Positions 59,815 through 64,000 of a DNA stretch of 64,000 nt are shown here, piece by piece. Location of the stretch: the NCBI GenBank assembly GCA_951406725.2, contig OX597821.1:66278001-66342000 (forward strand), written 5' to 3'. Under the pieces are notes generated by a model. The model was not told the origin of the DNA. It did not search any database and saw only the letters and a program-made list of their open reading frames with translations. Both the position numbers and the translations under genes were made by a program. This DNA comes from Octopus vulgaris (Eukaryota). Positions within the stretch are counted from its first letter, which is position 1. Each line of letters begins with the position of its first letter.

Positions 59815-60535
59815 ATACGACAGGCTTCTTTCAGTTTCCGTCTACCAAATTCACTCACAAGGTTTTAATCGGCCCGAGGCTATAGTACAAGACACTTTCC
59901 CAAGCTGCCACGCAGTGGGACAAGTATGTATATATATATATACTGGTCCCACTGCGTATGTATATATATATATATATATATATGCTTAGCGCTATTTCGT
60001 CTGTTTTACGTTCTGAGTTCAAATTTCGCCGAGGTCAATTTGCCTTTGATTTTTTTCTGGGTCGATAGAATAAGTTCCAGTCGCGTACTGGAACTAATCG
60101 ACTGACCCCCTCCACCAAAATTTCGGGCCTTGTGCCTAGAGCAGAAAAAAAATATATGCTATATACACCACGTCATTTATAGAACTTTAAAAACTTGTTT
60201 CAGTCATTGGATTGCGGCCATGCTGGATCAGAGTATGATGAGTTTGGTCGATCTAATTCACATCAATAGTATTCTTATATTTTGTCTTTTATTGTCTTAC
60301 TTGTTTCAATCAGTTGACTGCGGCCATGGTGGAGCACCGCCTTAAGTCGAATAAATCGACCCCAGAACTTATTCTTTGTAAGCCTAGTATATATTTTATC
60401 GGTCTCTTTTGCCGAACCGCTAAAGTACAGGTACGTAAATTCACTAACATTGTTTGTGAAGCAATGGTGGGAGGACAAACACAGACACACAAATACATAT
60501 ATACATACATACATACATACACACATACACACACG

Positions 60536-60590
<55 letters not shown>

Positions 60591-60620
60591 CAGTTTCCGT
60601 CAACCAGATCCACTCACAAT
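59815..60620. mobile_element. Cluster of SINE B (minus) and SINE A (plus, 59985-60145) fragments
   Basis: Match to the other copies in this window. Confidence 0.8.
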
Positions 60621-61593
60621 CCCGGAATCATACAGATGGAAATCAAGATTCTTTATTTCATTATATTGGCCATAAAGCCTTACACAGAGAAAGGAAGCTG
60701 CGGGCTGGACGTAGACATGATGTTATATGGAATGAAAATGATGATTAATGGGGGGAAAATGACGGCCACCGATCGATTTTTCCCGAGGACATTGATCTCT
60801 TGTATATTGTTCATGAGGCAACAAATCTCTACACTGTTCACAATATTTAATAACAAAAAGGAACTTTCAATAACACTGAAGCTGTTCAACCTCTTATCCA
60901 ATTCTACCGTTTGCGGCACAGTTCCCTTAACGTGAACCACTAACTTGGAAGACGGATACGCCCCCCCCCCCCCCCCGAAAAATTCTCACAATTAAGTGAG
61001 AAAAAATATCCGCTCCACTGCAGATAGACCAGAATTTAGAATCCAGTGAGGACTTCCTGCTTGTACAAAAAAAATATTGCCGCAAATAAAAACTCCCACT
61101 AGACCCCAAAAAATAAGAATCTTACCTTACAGCGGAGCTTCAAAATTTTTCAATTCAAGACGGCTTCAAAAGCACGTCTTCACCGCTTCAGTGCCAGACA
61201 CAACAGTGACGCACATGCGCAGAAGCACGCTTCTTACCACACATATATATGTCTTTTATAAACTCTGGTACTGATTCCATTGTTACATTTACACAAACAC
61301 AATGGGTTTCAATACTGTTTCTCTCTACCAAATTCACTCACAGGGTATTGCTCGGCCGGAGGAGATAGTAGAAAACACGTGCTTAAGGTGCCGCGTTGTG
61401 GGACTGAACATGAAACCACGGGCTTGAAATTCGGGTTCCTTAACCACACAACTGTGTCTACAAACAACTATACACTAATAATTCATAGAAATTGCCTCTA
61501 CACATAGACAGTCATATAACTGCGCCCACGTGTCCATACATATATTATATATCCTCATATATACATACATATACAAACACATATATATATGTG

Positions 61594-61629
<36 letters not shown>

Positions 61630-61650
61630 TATATATATACACGCACACAC

Positions 61651-61767
<117 letters not shown>

Positions 61768-62295
61768 CACACACATATCTATATACATCTACGTATGAAC
61801 ATGCAGCCGACATTTTCTCATTTGCAGCTGATTGCTTGCATTTCCAATTCCAATGTACAAGCTACCAATCAGCATTATATATTTATCATTTATGAGAAAA
61901 CCCTGACCAGAGAAAACGGTCAGAAACAGGAACCGTAGCAATGCGTAGTCCGGAATGAATATAATTATTTCTACTATCAATTTTCATTATGCTACTCCTT
62001 TTCGTCCCTTACCTGTTTCCCTATATTCACTTTCATCCCCTTCTTGTTTAATAATAATCTCATTACCTCTTTTCTTGTTGTATATCACACGAATTTATAA
62101 AGCTGTCAAGGCTTCCATTTTAGATATACCAAATAAATACTGCAGCCTCTTATTCGTTTTGATAGCCTAAATATACAGTACGTTCATCGATCCAAGAACG
62201 TGTTTAATTCTCTCTCCTCATTTATCCCCCTCTCTTTTCCTCTCTCTGTTCCCTTTTCCTCTCTGTATCTCTTATTATATATATATATATATATA

Positions 62296-62490
62296 TACTC
62301 TTTTACTTGTTTCAGTCATTTGACTGTGGCCATGCTAGAGTAAATCGACCCCAGGACTTATTCTTTGTAAGCCTAGTACTTATTCTATCGGTCTCTTTTG
62401 CCGAACCGATAAGTTACGGGGACGTAAACACACCGGCATCGGTTGTTAAGCGATGTTGGGGGGACAAACACAGACACGCAAACATACACG

Positions 62491-62524
<34 letters not shown>

Positions 62525-62682
62525 TATATATACATCTATACCACGGGCTTCTTTCAGTTTCCGTCTACCAAATCAACTCACAAGGCTTTGGTCTCCCGAG
62601 GCTATAGTAGAAGACACTTGCCCAAGGTGCCACGCAGTGGGACTGAACCCGGAAGCTACTTACCACGCAGCCACTCCTACGC
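62296..62682 (-). mobile_element. SINE family B
   Basis: Colinear with 8480-8920, with small deletions. Confidence 0.9.
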
Positions 62683-62725
62683 ATATATATACATATATAT
62701 ATATATGTATATGGATACATATATA

Positions 62726-63623
<898 letters not shown>

Positions 63624-63699
63624 TAGACAATGAAATGTATGGTATATACTTGAGTGTTTACCGGTAAAGCACATTTACTTTTGCATATATATATATATA

Positions 63700-63730
<31 letters not shown>

Positions 63731-64000
63731 CTGTATTTATATATACACACATATGTATGTATGTATTCTTGTATTCCTTTATTCGTTGCAGCCATGCAGT
63801 TGCGGTTGTATTGGAGCGCCACCGTGATTTTGTACTTTTACATATCATTCTTCTTTGGCTGATTTCCACAGGGTGATCGGGTTTCATATCACCACATCCG
63901 CATGTGGTTTTTCCCTTGCTTGCTAACCAGTTTGATTAATTAGGGAGTTTGATACTGCTACCCTCATCTGTACCTCTTAACCAGGCCGTTGATTCATCCA

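Overview
AT-rich, extremely microsatellite-dense eukaryotic DNA. The repeat content is most consistent with a cephalopod (Octopus-like) intron or intergenic region; this is an inference, not a database result. No intact host protein-coding gene can be supported, and almost all ORF-track entries are microsatellite or SINE read-throughs. The window contains: (i) dozens of tRNA-derived SINE copies from three families (A, B, C); (ii) decayed LINE fragments (RTE with a 10-bp TSD, R4/Dong-like, CR1/L2-like endonuclease); (iii) DNA-transposon derivatives with clear TIRs/TSDs (pogo-like 1.3 kb, 1-kb long-TIR element with an 8-bp TSD, 0.43-kb TA-MITE); (iv) 5'-truncated Penelope-like elements with GIY-YIG remnants. 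The most notable signal is about 13 minimal type-I hammerhead ribozyme motifs, read by eye. They are carried by Penelope 3' ends and by two ~200-bp non-coding elements that sit in (TA)n tracts and form head-to-head fold-backs. Their cores show three Watson-Crick versions of the 3-8 pair (C3-G8, U3-A8, G3-C8). Local rearrangements include a SINE-born 34-bp minisatellite, a three-piece templated insertion and self-nesting SINEs.
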